Assembly (NCBI GenBank): GCA_040285825.1
Contig: JAUPSS010000004.1
Span: 1,778,550-1,842,549 of the forward strand
Direction: 5' to 3'
DNA from: Eukaryota sp. TZLM1-RC
Taxonomy: Eukaryota > Protista > Metamonada: BaSk clade
DNA length: 64,000 nucleotides
Part shown: piece by piece, positions 1 through 13,521 of the stretch
How positions within the stretch are numbered: position 1 is the first letter of the stretch
How the letters are laid out: every line of letters starts with the position of its first letter
Translations under genes and position numbers: made by a program
The notes under the pieces: model-generated
The model's input: the letters and a program-made list of their open reading frames with translations, nothing else
Told to the model about the DNA's origin: nothing
The model's database searches: none

Positions 1-335
1 ATGACTTTGTGAAGATTTACTTTAACCATCGCAGAGTTATTCCAATAGATGATTATTTAGCCAACTGTTTACCAAACTTAAATAGAATAATGGACACTCA
101 AGAACCACCCTCAAGACACGAAATGGCTGAGCTGGTAGAAGATCAAAATCAATCAATTCAAGAGACTTCAATCGACTTTTTAATGAATCAAATAATATCT
201 AGGGGTGAATCATTTGAAAGTCAAGAAGAATTGGAAGAGTTACTGGAAGGTATCATAAACTGTGAACTTTCAGAGTTACCAGATTCGCTCACTATTGAAG
301 ACTTAATGAATTTATTGCAGCTTTCTGTAGATTAA
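1..335 (+). CDS. 3' end of a CFAP251/WDR66-like axonemal protein (EF-hand-like C-terminus); gene starts before the window
   Basis: Frame from nt 3 reads DFVKIYFNHR...SRGESFESQEELEELL...LPDSLTIEDLMNLLQL, resembling the recalled WDR66 C-terminus (DFLKVYLNHK...GEHMTEEE...LPDEIT). Confidence 0.6.
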   Translation, partial: DFVKIYFNHRRVIPIDDYLANCLPNLNRIMDTQEPPSRHEMAELVEDQNQSIQETSIDFLMNQIISRGESFESQEELEELLEGIINCELSELPDSLTIEDLMNLLQLSVD

Positions 336-518
336 ATAAAATGTATTTTAGTTTTATTATCATTACAAATATTGTTTGATTAAATAAATCTTGGCAGTTG
401 TGTAGACAAAACCTTCATTAAAATCAGGATTGTTCTGAAAACTGCCTTTAGGGTATCTTGTTTGATAAAGTTCGCAAAAAAATAGAGTACTTTTATTATC
501 AAACGTCTTGAAACAGCT

Positions 519-857
519 ATGAGCAAAACACCACGAGGTGCCAAGCAGGAAGAACGTCAGAAACCATGTGTACGGGAGATTTCTGATTGGCAGATGGAAC
601 CACCTGAGGAGGAAATCAGAGAGTTCAGGCGAGAGCCTCCACAGTATAGCAGAACAGTGAACGAAGAAGAAGTCGGTGACACTGTTGAAACTGAAAGGAT
701 TTACTACGAACCAGTCTTTAAGATCAAGATTCAAAGAGAACCACTGGAACGAGAAGTGGTAATCAGAGAACCTATTAGTGGTGAAGAAGCTGACACAAAG
801 CGCGAGGCATATGACCTAGAGGAGAAAGAGCTAGATACTGGAACCACAAGATTATGA
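519..857 (+). CDS. Small charged (E/R/P/V-rich) protein of unknown function; paralog of 23791-24180
   Basis: 112-aa ATG ORF in AT-rich flanks; shares E.ERI..EPV...K..R.P.ER.....E.IS..E with the 129-aa ORF at 23791-24180. Confidence 0.7.
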   Translation: MSKTPRGAKQEERQKPCVREISDWQMEPPEEEIREFRREPPQYSRTVNEEEVGDTVETERIYYEPVFKIKIQREPLEREVVIREPISGEEADTKREAYDLEEKELDTGTTRL

Positions 858-899
858 TATTAATATTATAAAATTGATTATTCAAACCAAATTAACTGG

Positions 900-1520
900 A
901 ACAAAAAATAACAAAAAATAACAAAACAAACTAAAACACATAAGAAACAAAATTCTCCACGCCAACTCTTGATGAATCCTTATACAGCTTGGACATCATT
1001 AGACTCAAGTACTTGGGAACACTTCTGTACAAGGCGAAAATGATACGATTCTTCCATAAATTCCCTGCAAAATTCTTACCACTTGAACGACATAAATTGC
1101 CAAAAACGTTGAGAAAAATCAAAGCAGACTGTCCAATGTTGCCAAAAATCGAAAAGGCAAAAGGAACAAACGAAAACTTCGAGTAAAGATTCTTATTTAA
1201 ATCATTTAATATCTCAGTATATTTATCTCTTTATCTTTTTTTTTTCTTTATCTCTTTATTTATCTCTTTTATGATCTTCAGCCTTGTTTAAATGACCATT
1301 AGCACTAAGTAAAACATCATCACGATAAATAAAAGCAAAGGGATCAACTGTAGTAAAATCAACAACAACTTGAGAGGAATCAAAAAAAGGAGCAATTAAA
1401 TCACCTCAACGTGAATTAAACAGATTATTATCGCTATAATGCTTCAACAACGGTTCTACTTTGCAACTAAAATTGGAACACTTGAACATGTCATATGTCA
1501 CAACACGAACGGCATTAACA
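900..1520 (-). mobile_element. Degraded 3' fragment of a CRE-clade non-LTR retrotransposon (RLE domain)
   Basis: Minus-strand translation FSFVPFAFSIFGNIGQSALIFL...LWKNRIIFALYRS matches the RLE C-terminus of the other copies in the window; broken frames and a TCTCTTTA-type expansion at ~1222-1270. Confidence 0.7.
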
Positions 1521-1699
1521 CTATTAAAAAAGAAAACTAAATAATCCACGATTTTTGGACATATGTTGACGGCCGACTTCAAATGATCATAACTAAAATA
1601 TTTAACTAAAAACTAAATATAACTAAAATGTTTTTTACAGAATGTTTTTGTAAAACAAAACGTTTTACTGAACAAAGACCCTTTACTATCACATTTATT

Positions 1700-3713
1700 G
1701 AACATGCACACTTAATGAAATTAATTCATGATTAATGGGACGAATATCATTGGACCATTGTTTTCCTCTACAAAATCTTGATCTGCTTGCTGTCTAGCTA
1801 AAGCTTCTCTTATTCGATTGAAAAACCGAGGTAATCTATTGATAATGGCAAATTGAATCCGAGAACGCCATAAAAAATTATCAAATCTTTTCATTGTTTC
1901 TTGTTGAATCATTTTTGGAAGTCATTCAAAAAGTTTCTGCTTCATCTGATAATCTCCCATTTATGGAAAATGGGAAAGCAATGAAAACCAGCTGTGTATT
2001 TCTACCAGCATTAGCATCTTCAATATCTTTATCATATTTTCTAAGTCCTTCTTTTGCTTTAAAATCAAGAGCAGCCACAGGATTAAGTATTCTTCTGTGA
2101 ACCAAAATATCATTTGCAACATTACATGAGACAAAGTCAACAATAGCTTCAGAATTATCAATCCAATCACAGTATACATCACCTCTATCATCAGAACCAA
2201 AATTATTCAGAGAAAGTGTTTCCTCCAGCAGAGGCTCTTTGATACACGATATTCTTGCAGTTTGTGCCATATTGAAAACAGTGTCTCTAACAGCATCATG
2301 TAATGAGGAACGATAAGTTATCAATTTAGAACAATTCAGAGCATGGCGCAAAGTGAGTTGAGGTGAATTCGAACAAATACGTTTTTTTGATAATAATTGA
2401 TTAATAGGGATATTCAAATATAACCTCATTTTTGTTACAAATGCTTCATTAGTGGCATACAATCCAAATCTTCGTGGTACAATGGTTACAAAAAGTGAAG
2501 AATCTGATGACTGATTTTCACAAACACCCTTTTCCAATAACAATGAGTGAAGATCTTGATTAAAAACAGACGAGCTGCATATATTATTATAAAGATCATT
2601 TTCATTCATTCCAGTCAATCGTTTCTGTAATGTTCGATGAGTGTATTTTAAATTAAAAGGATTCTTTTCTGGAATATTGCCATTGAATGATTGGGGAAAG
2701 CATCGACTCCATTTTTCTACATCAATTTTTGAAACTTCTTCATTTAATGCAAAAACAGTGGAACTTTGCGTTGTCATCAATTAATCTTCCCAATCTGCAA
2801 ATCTTTCGGAAAATTCAAAGATTGCATTTCTGCATCCACCAATAAAAGCACACGAAGTAAGAATAGAATCCTTCGTCCACCCTAAACCGCCACAATGTGG
2901 ACTAAGATAAGCATGACCAGGAATTTGGAACATTTTACATCCAAGTAATTGTGACAAAACTTTTGCACGTAATTCTTTGAACTTCTGAAGTGAATGACCT
3001 TGGAATTTAAACAAAGTCTTTTATTGATAAATTTGATATGTTTCTGTACATCCAATTTCATCATTTGGTCAATATTCTTAGAAATCAATTTCAACTTATT
3101 AAACAATACTTTGGCTTTTCAAGATTTTGTAGAGGAAATCTTCGTTCGATGAATTTCTTTCCATTAGTTAGGAGTTTACTTTGTTAAGTTCGTAAATTCA
3201 ATAAATTAGTTTCTTTGGTAATTTCATCATTATTTCCTAAAAATGAAGCCAAAATGAGAAATAGCATCAGTTGAATATAACTTGGCTGAATTTCAATACC
3301 ATCAGCTGTCGCTGAAACTGGAGAATTTGAAAGTAAAGCACATTTAAGTAAGTTAAGTCGAAAGCCAATTTTGTTGAATAATTCTTCAAAACATAAAGTA
3401 GCTTCTCTGACAATCATCAAGTCACCTATAAGAACAACATCGTCCATATAAGCAATCATTCTTAAGGAAGGAAACATTGCTTGAATCTGCGATCAAAATG
3501 GATGAAGGGCCAAAAACAAAAGATTTTCTGAGGGATCTCCTTGCTGAACAGCACAAGATGATTTCAAAATAGAATCAGCAAAATACAAATCAGAACTTGT
3601 GCAACATGTTGTTTGAAAATAACAGCATTAAATCTGGCAAGTAGTTCAACAAAGAGAAATCAATACTGCACCGATGAATTGAATTAAATGCATTGCTCAA
3701 ATCCAACAACATA
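1700..3713 (-). mobile_element. CRE-clade non-LTR retrotransposon family 2, RT-to-RLE portion, pseudogenised
   Basis: Fragments LLDLSNAFNS, QQGDP, IAYMDDVVL, GFRLNLLKC, HCGGLG, RHALNC..RSSLHDAVRD..EPLL..DRGDV..IVDF..KYD..PFSING; nucleotide-level similarity to 21661-23750 in inverted orientation. Confidence 0.85.
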
Positions 3714-4250
3714 TTAACAACATATCTTTGTCATATTCGCCATGTTGTTCTTTCGCTTTGTATTCATAAGAATTTAGAGACTACAGTTTCCTACTTTGAA
3801 ACAAAATGTCGTTTGCCACATCGCAGAAAACAAAATCAACAACAACTTCAGAGTGCTCAATTCAATTGAAATAATTATCACCTTTGTCAGAACCAAATTT
3901 GTTCAATGACAATGGTTCTCTAAGCAAAGGCTCCTTGATACATTAGATTCTTCGAGAAAGTTGCCATTGAGTGATAGAAGAAAGCATCGATTTGATTTTT
4001 CTAGATGAAATTTTTTAAATTTGTACATTTAATGCAAAGATAGTTGATCTTTGGTTTGTTGCTAATCTTCCAAATTTGCAAATTTTTCAAAGAAATGCAA
4101 ATATGGTATTTCTGCAGTCATTAATGAATACATACGAATTAAGAATTGAGGCGTTAGTCAAGTCTAAGACCATGTCGTGGACCAAAATAAGCATGATTAG
4201 GAATTTGAAACGTTTTGCAATTCAGCAGTTGTGAACAAACTTCGTTAAAC
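3714..4250 (-). mobile_element. Additional internally deleted CRE-like fragment (thumb/RLE pieces)
   Basis: Pieces similar to family 2 (HAYFGPRHGL, IKEPLL, DKGD, VVVDF, KAKEQHGEYDKD) joined by deletions. Confidence 0.6.
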
Positions 4251-4349
4251 TTCTGAGTCAGAGGTCTGGAGATTAGAGGACTAAACAATCGAAACATTTG
4301 ATCAAAGGTCCAATTAATACAGAGTCTTATGATTATTTTGCCTTACCGC

Positions 4350-4670
4350 GAGATGTTAAAATAGAGAACGAGATAGGGTGAATGAGATAAAGTTGATGTA
4401 TTTTACCCTATTTCTATTTAAGGCTAAAGGTGCCACTACTGCTTCTCCACTTTTTAAAATTAATTAACATTAAACTGATCAACTAGTAACTAAATTATAA
4501 ATATACAAAATACTATAAACTAAATGCAAATGTTTACCATTGGTAAAAATCTTAAAACGAAATAATTTGTACTCGTTACTTCTTTTTGGTCTATTTTGGG
4601 AGGGAGAGGATACCAAGTCCGTTCTCGTAACCTCTATTCTATTATACCAATTATACCATAAATTCCCCAA
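4350..4670 (-). mobile_element. Probable old 3' end remnant (integrase tail, PPT, LTR) of an LTR element related to family C; duplicated at ~14170-14489
   Basis: GCCACTACTGCTTCTCCACTTTTTAAAAT resembles the family C LTR/PPT junction GCCAACACTGCTTCTTCCCTTTTTCAAAAT; ORF tail PSQNRPKRSN resembles family C PSNKPRRSN. Confidence 0.4.
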
Positions 4671-4841
4671 ATTTTACACTTTTTTGTTTCTGCCTTCTTA
4701 AACTTTGTGAAATCATACAAAACGCCCATAAGACTTGCTTGATTAGAGGATGTACAATCCCCACGTGCACCATAACAGATTTTCCCATTTCACCTTCTTG
4801 TGTGATGGTCGAAGATGTACAACCTCTACGTGCACCACAAC

Positions 4842-4996
4842 TGATGATCTGTGGGGGTTAGACATTGAGTATACCTTAAAAGTAATTTATTACAAGGGCA
4901 TGAGGATTTCCCTTAACTTAAGCGCATGGGCGCAATAATACAATAACTATTAATAAACTATAAATAAACTATTATAAATATTATCCAAGGCTAACA
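4842..4996 (-). repeat. 3' LTR of A1 (PPT at ~4997-5014)
   Basis: TGTTAGCC...AGATCATCA on the minus strand, preceded by GAAAAGAAGAAATGGCAG. Confidence 0.95.
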
Positions 4997-7900
4997 CTGC
5001 CATTTCTTCTTTTCGAGCGTCGAGGCCTGATAGGAGTTGGATTAACATTATTGTTAATATTATCAGAACGACGTTTACGGCGTGAAGGACGAGAGCGAGT
5101 ATTAGAAACAGACTTGGAGAATTTTTTATAGGCAGAGGTGTTTTGAACAGTCGAAACCAGCTCAGTGGTGATATGATTGCCAGGCCATTGGACTTGACAG
5201 TAATCACCATCCTGACTGAGGACTTTCTGGATCACGTGCTCTTCTGCATCGCCAGCAGCAACCCAGGAGTGAAATTCATCATCTACTGGTAAACTGGAAT
5301 GCCAAGGTTGGAGGTGCTTCACACTGGCTTTAACAACCATACCAGTACACAGGTTCTTGATGTTAGCTGTGGAGGTAGAGGGTGTGTCGATAACTAAGAA
5401 TGGTCCTTTGTAGTTACCATGTAACTTAGCAGTGGAAGACGAAGCTCGTTTGACCAATTGGCCAGGAGAGAAAGGGTTGGCTTCGATTTGGGAATCACGA
5501 GGAGGAGCCTTGGAAGCTTGACGGAGCTCTGCTTCCTCCTGTTTCTTCTTCAATCTGGCAAATTTGGATTGAATGTTGTTGATGTAGGTTGACTCAGACG
5601 TTGAGCTTTCGAGGGTCTCTATGATTTTGCCGGGGTCAGCTCTTGGGCTAAAATCTGAACCAAACATGAGCTCGTATGGAGAGTAACCTGTAATCGAACT
5701 CTTGGATGAGTTGATTAACAATTGTACATAGGGTATGTACTCTGACCATGCGTCGTAGGCGTTAAAATCTACGAGCAGCTTCCTCAAATTCTGCAAAATG
5801 TCACGGTGACGGCGTTCGACTAAACCGTTGGACTGAGAGAAGTGAGGGACGGACTTTGAGACCTCTATGCCCAAAAACTCACATAGAGCGTCGAAGACAG
5901 CTTTAGAGAACTCAGGACCGTTGTCACTATGGACTATGAACGGGATCCCGAATATCGCGCATACCTTCCATATGAGAGCGTCAGCGGTAAGGTTGGCGTT
6001 GAGTTCTTGGAGAGGGACTATGATAGTGAACCTCGTGAAGCTATCCACAAATACAAGAATGTATCTGTGGCCGTCTTGATCTTCTGGAAGAGGACCAATG
6101 ACGTCGACGTTAACTCTTGCGAATGGTCTGTCAGCCCACAAGGAACCAGTTGTAGGGACATGCAGTTTGGGGACTGCTGCTGTCTTCTGACAGGAGGGGC
6201 ATTCTTGGACGTGCTTGGTCATGTCTGAAAGCATGTTAGGCCACCAGTAGTCGCTGTTCTTGAGTCTGAGGAGACTTTCTGCCTTACTGGGGTGGCCACC
6301 TTGCGGGAGTCCATGTAGAAGGTTAAGCGTATCCTTAACCAGTGATTGAGGAATCACGATCTTGTGCTCTGGAGTCAGATAAAGATCTAGACGACTATCC
6401 AAAAGTACAGTTGTTAAACGAGGTGTCCTGGTTAGCGAGGGCTCGCTTTTGTTCGGACCTGATCTTGCAGAGCCATGGCTCGAAGAGTGGAAGGTCATTG
6501 GAGCATTTGTCTTGAAGGATGAGCACCTTCTCAAATGTATGGAGATCTTCAACGAAGCATCTCTCTGACTCAGTTTCGTCAATCCTATTTGTGTAGTAGA
6601 TAGGGTGAAACTCTTGGTCATTGGAATGGACCAGATGGTTGATGGTATGATTGTCTTGGGGCGGTACTATCCTAGATAGCATGTCTGCCCAATGGTTCTC
6701 TTCCCCTTTAGTGTGAACGATGTCGAATAGGAACTCAGAAAAGATGGGAAGCCACCTTCTGACTATTCTGTTTTTGTTCGGAGCGGTGAGCATGTAAGTA
6801 AGGTTTTGGTGATCTGTGAAAATGATCAGGCGCCTTCCTTTGAGGTAGTTCTCGAAGCCACTTTCGGTAAGCATGAGAAGGATAGCGTAAAGCTCTTTCT
6901 GTACCGTGGGCCAGTTCTGCTGGGAGTTAGTCAACAATCTGCTGAAGAAGCTGATTGGTCTACATTTCCTATTGAGTAAGGAAGTACCAGGGTCCTTAGT
7001 GGGTTCTATTTGTTCCCAAATCACGCCGCCAACTGCTATATCAGAGGCATCGCAACTAATTAGTACTTGGTTATCCACCGGAGGTAAGTTTAGAGGCATA
7101 TGCTCCGCGATCAGGCGTTTGATTTCGGCTAAATGGTGGTCGTGAGTGTCTTTCCACTGCAGGCGACGTGGTTTGCCGTGTGTTAGTTTGATGATCGGGG
7201 CAACATGCTTGGTTACCTGGGGAAGCCATTCCCTAATGAAGTTGACTGAGCCGATAAGGCTACGGGCGTCTTTCACAGTCTTAGGTCTGGGAAGATTCAG
7301 TAAAGACTCTGTGCGTGTAGGATCTATGGTCCTGGTTTTGTGTTGGAATCTGCTACCAAGGATCTTTATTGGGTGTCTAGAGGACACAAAATGGCACTTG
7401 GGCGGTCCAAGGCTAACTCTACGGGTTCGAGCCTTCTCGAGGACACGTCTTAGACGTCCGAGGAACTCGTTGAAAGTTCTACCTACTATAATGATGTCAT
7501 CTATATAGATGAATACACCGTCTCCGGAGAAGATGTCTGCCATAACGTTCTGGAAAACCGCAGGAACGTTCTTGAGGCCGAAAGCAGCACGTTTAAACAT
7601 GATGCTTTTGCCAGGGATGCTTAAGGTAGTCTTCTCCCAGTCCTTTTCTGCAATCTTTAGTTGCCAAAAGGCTTTGGGGAGGTCAAGGGTACCGATGACA
7701 AGAGCACATCGGATATTCTGGGGAGATTAGGTTCAACGGGAATAGTGTTGGCGTTGACTCCGTCCTTGCCGCTGTAATCACCAGTAAGGCGAGGCTTACG
7801 ATGATCAGGGTATACCACAAGACATACTGGAGAGCTGAACTCATGGTTCGATGGTACAGCAAATCCAGACTCGACGAGTTCATCGAAGATCTGTTCGGCG

Positions 7901-10900
7901 ACTTTCTGCTTCTCGGGGTTTAACCTACGAGGGGGTCGTCTGACTCGAATACTTTCATCGTGAAAGTTGATCTCCATTGGAGGACAGTCAATCCCATCAG
8001 CATGCGGCTTAAGGGTGAATGTCTCTTCGAACTCTTTCAAGGTTAGAAGTAAGGTCTTCTTGTCGTTATCACAGTCGAGGTTAATAGTACAACCAGAAGA
8101 CTGTATGTGCTCCAACCAACGTCTGGGGACGTTGACGACATCTGAGACTTGGGAGATTCGATGGTCGAATTCAGCCTCAGGCAGAAGTAATGTACGATGT
8201 TCCTCATCCATCTTGATGAAGAGGCCTTCATCGTTCAATAAGCCTAGGTGATGCAACAGTTCTCTACCAATTAGTAACATATTGTTGCCAGGAATGATGG
8301 CCAAGCTATGTTTCACATGAACTAATTGGGTTACACTACCGAGTCTGAAGCTCAGTGTGCCTTCTGCTGATCCTAAAGACTTCGACATGATGTTGTTTGC
8401 AGACTTAAAGTTTATGCAATGGTTAGTCTTTACCATGTTGCATCTCTCTGCTAAATCAACAGTGATGACTGATATCGAAGCTCCAGAGTCGATGATCCCT
8501 TCTATTTCGCAGTTATTTATTGAAAATTTCAATTTTAAATTTTTGCGTGCGACATCTGAGGTGCGAACCATGAAGATATCGCTGTGGGACTCTGAGTCTG
8601 GGTTCGAGTCGAACTCATGAATGAAACAGGGTTTATTTGGTGTTTCTATCGTTGTAGTTGTTTTAAAATTCCGGGTAGTCAAAGGATTAGTTAAGCACTT
8701 AATCCACTGGTTGGAGACTGAGGTTTGTTTTATGTTTGGTGTTTTACGTGCTGGAGAGCTGTCTTGCTCTATAGTAAACAAGGAACATTTGTTTGAACGT
8801 TGCTTTGATGTATTACCTGTTGGAGAGCTATCTTGCTCTATAGTAAACATTGAATATTTATGGGAACGTTTATTACTACTAGAAGGGCCCTTGCCTCTTC
8901 CTCTACGTCTACCTCTGCCTCTACTACTACTATTACTACTACCCCTAGCCAAATATGCTCGAACGGCATCTGGGTTGGCTTCTCGCCATTGCTTGGATCG
9001 CTGGCAATCAGGGTCGGGACATTCGTTAATGGAGTGGCCTGGAAGACCACAGAATCTACAGAGACCAGCTTTATCTCTTTCTTTCTTAATTTGCGACTTG
9101 CTCCTTTTTGGTAAGTTGAGCAGGGGCGACGCTGGAACCCGCAGGCTTAAATTTGCCTATTCTTTTTCTTGTCCTTTGGGTTTGCTCTAACATAGTGACC
9201 CATATGTTGTTGATAGCTGTCACTGATGTTGGCCCTTTGCTCGTCATAGGATCTTGCTGAACACCAACTCATGTATTCAGCAGCAAGGATGTCGACAAAT
9301 TGTTGTAAAGTATGGTGTTGCCAAACATTGGGTGTGGACCATACTGTTCTCAGGTTGTCACTGATGGCCTGAATACCAACAGAATCGATCATATGGGTTG
9401 CAATTTCCCAGTTTTGAATACGCTGTAGAAAGTGTTGACCATACAAGGCACGGTCGCTTGCCCTGACGTCAGAAATGGCAGTGCTTCGTGAAACTGTTCT
9501 CATTAGCCTCACTGTGAAGTCGCCCCAGCGATTCCTAAAGTCCTGAATATTCCAATTCATCTGGACTCTATATAACTGATTCCTCGCCGTTTCTAATGTA
9601 CTATACTGGCTGAGGTGTAAAATTGATTCCCATATTTGCTCCTCATTGATGTTGTCGATAGCTGAGATACTATCAGACATGGACGAAAACCTGCCTTGAG
9701 CTCTCAGAGCGGCCAAGCACTCTGGAGTAACACAGGAGGCGATCCTACGAGGGTCGACTTGAGCAGCAGCTCTGAATCGGTCCCACTCGTGGAGGGGGTT
9801 ACCATATCTCTGATCGAGAGGGAGGTTCCGGTTTTCTCTGCTTATGGATTGAGGAGTGGCAGGAGGACGAGAACGTTCCTCAAGTTGCCTTCTTAATTCA
9901 GACACTTCTCTTGCTAGTCTGACTTGAGTAGGATCAGATTCATTGATGTCTCTCTCTTCAATGGTCCTCTCAGTCCTAGCATACAGAATAAATCTGTCGA
10001 TGAATTTCAAGATCCTTACTGGGTCAGAGATATCGTTGGCTTCCAGGGTGGGTTTTCTAGGACGACCACCTCTTTGTCTATCTCTATCTCTATCTTGTGA
10101 ACTCGCCATAGCTTCCATCAGTAGAGTGTTGGAATACTGGGGAGCTATGGGAGTGTTAGAAGGAGTTACTCCTAGGAGCCTAGGGTCCTGGGAAGGAGTT
10201 GATGGATCCTGAGATTGGACAACTACAGGTTGTTGCATAGTTTCAACAGTGTCAGTAATTGCCATTGGCTCATCTTGTTGTTGGTCATCTTGAGGCTCAA
10301 TGCTCAAAGATGAGAAAACTGTGTCTGTCTCAACTGGGTCAGGCTCAGAAGTTCTCAATTCTACTGGGTCATGATCGCTCGGATAGTAACTTTGCACATT
10401 ACCATCGACATTGACCCACAGAAGAGAACTAGAATTGGTGACACCAATGTTCTCCTGTACATTCATCAGGGCGTCCCTTAGTGGCCTATTCCTTCTATGC
10501 TCCGGACCAAAATATGACGCGCAATGGTCTGGTCTGCGGTCTTGAAGGTACAATCTTTGGTAGTTCGTAGTGTAAGTGTACCACCATCCAGTCCTGAAGT
10601 CTCTATTGATATAAATATCAAGAGAGGCATTGTATCCAGGGCTAAACCTGGGGAAAGGACATGGGTTACATCGGTTGAGGAAGAGATTCAGCTCATCACC
10701 AGCGAAGATCCTCTGTACACCTTCACGAGGAGTTCTGAACCCTCCAACAGTATCCCGTTGAGGATAATTTGGAGGGGGGTCACAACGAACCGTAAGATTG
10801 TCTACTTCCTCCGTTGGGAAGTAGGGACCTATTCTTCTGCGGATCCTAAAGCCGTGATCATTAACCACTTCTGGACCCCAAAATGGGGGTAAAGCAGCAA

Positions 10901-12056
10901 TGAGTTCATTGGGAGGAATCGATGCAGGATCTCCTAGCATTAACTCAATACCAGCATTGAGAACTAAGTTTTGAGCTTCAGTTCTCTGTTGGGTAGAGAT
11001 GAAAGGAGAATCCGATTCCTGGGGTTGGCTTGGGGCTTGATAGGTGTTAGGCGGTGCAGCACTAAGCACCTGCCAAGCAGCAGGAACAGAAGAAACAACG
11101 TGACCTTGCTGAGGAGTCTGGCCAGAGGTTGGAGGGACATGAATTACTCCTCTAGTAGGAACTCCCGAAGGAGGAACAGATGGAGTTGAATGGACTTCTG
11201 TAGGAGCTACCGTAGTAGGAGCAGAAGTATCAGGAAGGCCTGCCACAGGAACTTCTTGAGAAGGAGTAGTAGGATTTGGGCTACCAGCAGGGACTGCAGG
11301 AGGAGCTGGTTGTTGCGGAGGGCTGCTTTCCATAGGAACTTCCCTAGAAGGAATGGAAGGAGCTTGTTGTCCTTCCCCAGGAGCTTCCGTAGAAGAAGTA
11401 GAAGGAACTTGTTGTCCTTCCCCAGGAGCTTCCGTAGAAGAAGTGGAAGGAGCAACCGGAGCGCAAACAATAGATGAAGAGGAAGGCTCTACCCTCTTGA
11501 GCTTCAACAGCTCAGATATCTTGTTGCTAGCCGAGTCGGGGTCAGTCTGGTTGATGATATACTTCAGATATTCATCTAAAGTACTGAACTGTTCAGGACC
11601 TAAAAGGGAATCTTCAACCTCTCCTTCAGAACCAGGGGGAGGAGAAAGAGGTACAAAGTTTTCCACATTAGAGGGAGGAACAGGAAGACTGATAGGAACC
11701 ACAGGAACGTCATCCGTAGATGGAGTGGAACCTTGACCCGAGGGTTGAGAGGAAGTATCACTTCTCTCGCCACCAGAGGGTTGTTCTGTTCCCAACTGAG
11801 GAGTTTGGGAGGAAGAACTTGTAACATTGGGTTGTGTAACAGAATCTCCGGAGGGAGGAGTTAACACAGGAGGAGGAGAAGCATTGCTTCCCTCGGACCC
11901 AGTTGACAAGGGTTGTTCTGGTCCCGACTGAGGAGTTCGGGAGGAAGAACTCGAAGAGTGAGACGTAGGAGGATCAGTCCTAACAGTCTCGGAGTTGTCA
12001 TTGGAACCACCCAAAGGTGATCCAATACGTATTGATGATCTGTGGGGGTTAGACAT
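4981..12056 (-). pseudogene. Gag-Pol of A1, frameshifted
   Basis: CRFCGLPGHSINEC knuckle, IDSGA protease, YIDDI RT, CDASD..TDH RNase H, HHCC + D,D35E integrase, GPF motif; lesions versus A2: +1 at 9163-9167, 9105-9109 and 6401-6404, and a net 19-nt deletion in RT at ~7700. Confidence 0.93.
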
Positions 12057-12187
12057 TGAGTATACCTTAAAAGTAATTTATTACAAGGGCATGAGGATTT
12101 CCCTTAACTTAAGCGCATGGGCGCAATAATACAATAACTATTAATAAACTATAAATAAACTATTATAAATATTATCCAAGGCTAACA
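12033..12187 (-). repeat. 5' LTR of A1 (contains the gag ATG at 12056)
   Basis: Identical to 4842-4996. Confidence 0.95.
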
Positions 12188-13254
12188 CAACTTGTCGAAC
12201 CTTGTTCTGTGAAATTTGTTTCATTTGTTCAGAAAGACAATTGGGTGAAATCAACTGTGCATTTTTCTTATGCTGCATTCAAAGGCACACACAAGTTCTT
12301 TTTTGATGATGAAGTTGATAGCTTTGTTCAAAAAGAAAAATCTTACAGATTTTTTGAGCAAAACTACTTTAAGCTTCCTATCAAATCTTATGTTAGTGAC
12401 GCTTGTTTGGAGAATATTGAATTCTACATGGGTTTTTTTATCTCAATAAATATTCAAGTTAAAAAAATCAAATCTTATTTTATCACCTCAGCGAAATTAT
12501 GAAACGTCAAATTGTATGAAATTGATGGGAAGCCTTTGTTAATGATAAGAAACACAGGAACAGTATCGAAAAACTGTCCTTATTTTAGTGACTCTGTCAT
12601 AGTTGCTTATAAATAAGGTTAGTAGATATCTCAGAATTTCACGTGATTACGTGGCACTCGTTGTTGAACGGGTCTCTTTACTAATCAACTCGCTCTTTTC
12701 TCTATTTACTTCTTTGGTATTTCTGCCTAACGGCACCAACTCTGAAATTTAAAGGTGGTTTAAGAAAGGACTCAAAGTTTGTTTTTGAATTTCTGTTGAT
12801 TTAACCAAAGATGAATACGATCTTCAAATACAAAAAAGGAAGCTAGGCATACTTCAATTGATGCATCCTGAATTGATCCTGTCAACTCAAGGATGAATAA
12901 AACTCAAGTTGCTTTTTGAGACAAACCAAATCAACGATTTTACTATTGTACCACCCAATATTTTGAAAGAAGTACAAGTTGTTAAAAAAAAATTCGTATC
13001 TCCATTTGTGTGATGTTGATGAAAAAGAAGAACAAAAACTGCAATATATACAAAAACAACAAAACGAGTACGGAAAAACGCTAGAAATCTTTGTTAGGCC
13101 TCTAAGAATACAAAGAGATACCAAAAACGGAAATTTTATCATGTCTCTATTACCATCATCTCCTGGACCAACAGCATCAAATGCAGAAGCTGAAGGGCCA
13201 ATTCAATGTTGCGACCAATCTGGAAAACTCACATAATTTTGAATATTTAATAAA

Positions 13255-13521
13255 TTTTTTTTTAAAAAAATTTTAATTTTATTCAAAACCTATAAATCAA
13301 CATCTAAAAAATCCATCTCTCCCAAAACAAAAACACTAGATGCAACTCTCTCATAGTAAGATCCAAGAGAAAGCAAAGCATCAGAAACCATCTTCAACTT
13401 CCCCTTAAAAATAGAATACACAATTCTATTTTGCCAAAACAATCTGTTGAAATTTCTGCCAGTTCTTCTCTTTACAATCATTTCAAAATCTTCCAAAAAA
13501 CGTAAAGCAGTTGGTGCAAGT
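13255..13521 (-). mobile_element. 5'-truncated CRE family 1 insertion with poly(A) tail and 9-11 bp TSD (duplicated at 15722-15988)
   Basis: Near-identical to the reverse complement of ~21387-21640; T-run at 13255-13263; TTTAATAAA at 13246-13254 and 13522-13530. Confidence 0.85.

Larger units (their letters stand above)
4842..12187 (-). mobile_element. Ty3/gypsy LTR retrotransposon family A, copy A1 (full length, young)
   Basis: Identical 155-bp TG...CA LTRs (4842-4996, 12033-12187), TSD CAAC (4838-4841, 12188-12191) confirmed by the empty site; domain order gag-PR-RT-RH-IN. Confidence 0.97.

Noticed and set aside
4749-4841. CRISPR array (28-bp repeats with a 37-bp spacer)
   Set aside because: Only two imperfect repeats, eukaryotic context and no cas genes.
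9100-9170. Programmed gag-pol frameshift in family A
   Set aside because: A2 reads through this region in one frame; the A1 shifts are single extra bases in homopolymer runs.
5867-11827. Numerous 60-190 aa antisense or alternate-frame ORFs over the LTR elements (and over the host genes)
   Set aside because: Shadow ORFs of long coding frames with no recognisable motifs; recurrence in A1 and A2 only reflects near identity of the copies.
12192-13240. ORF fragments in the duplicated unit
   Set aside because: Interrupted differently in the two copies and no family recognised; probably decayed coding or transposon sequence.
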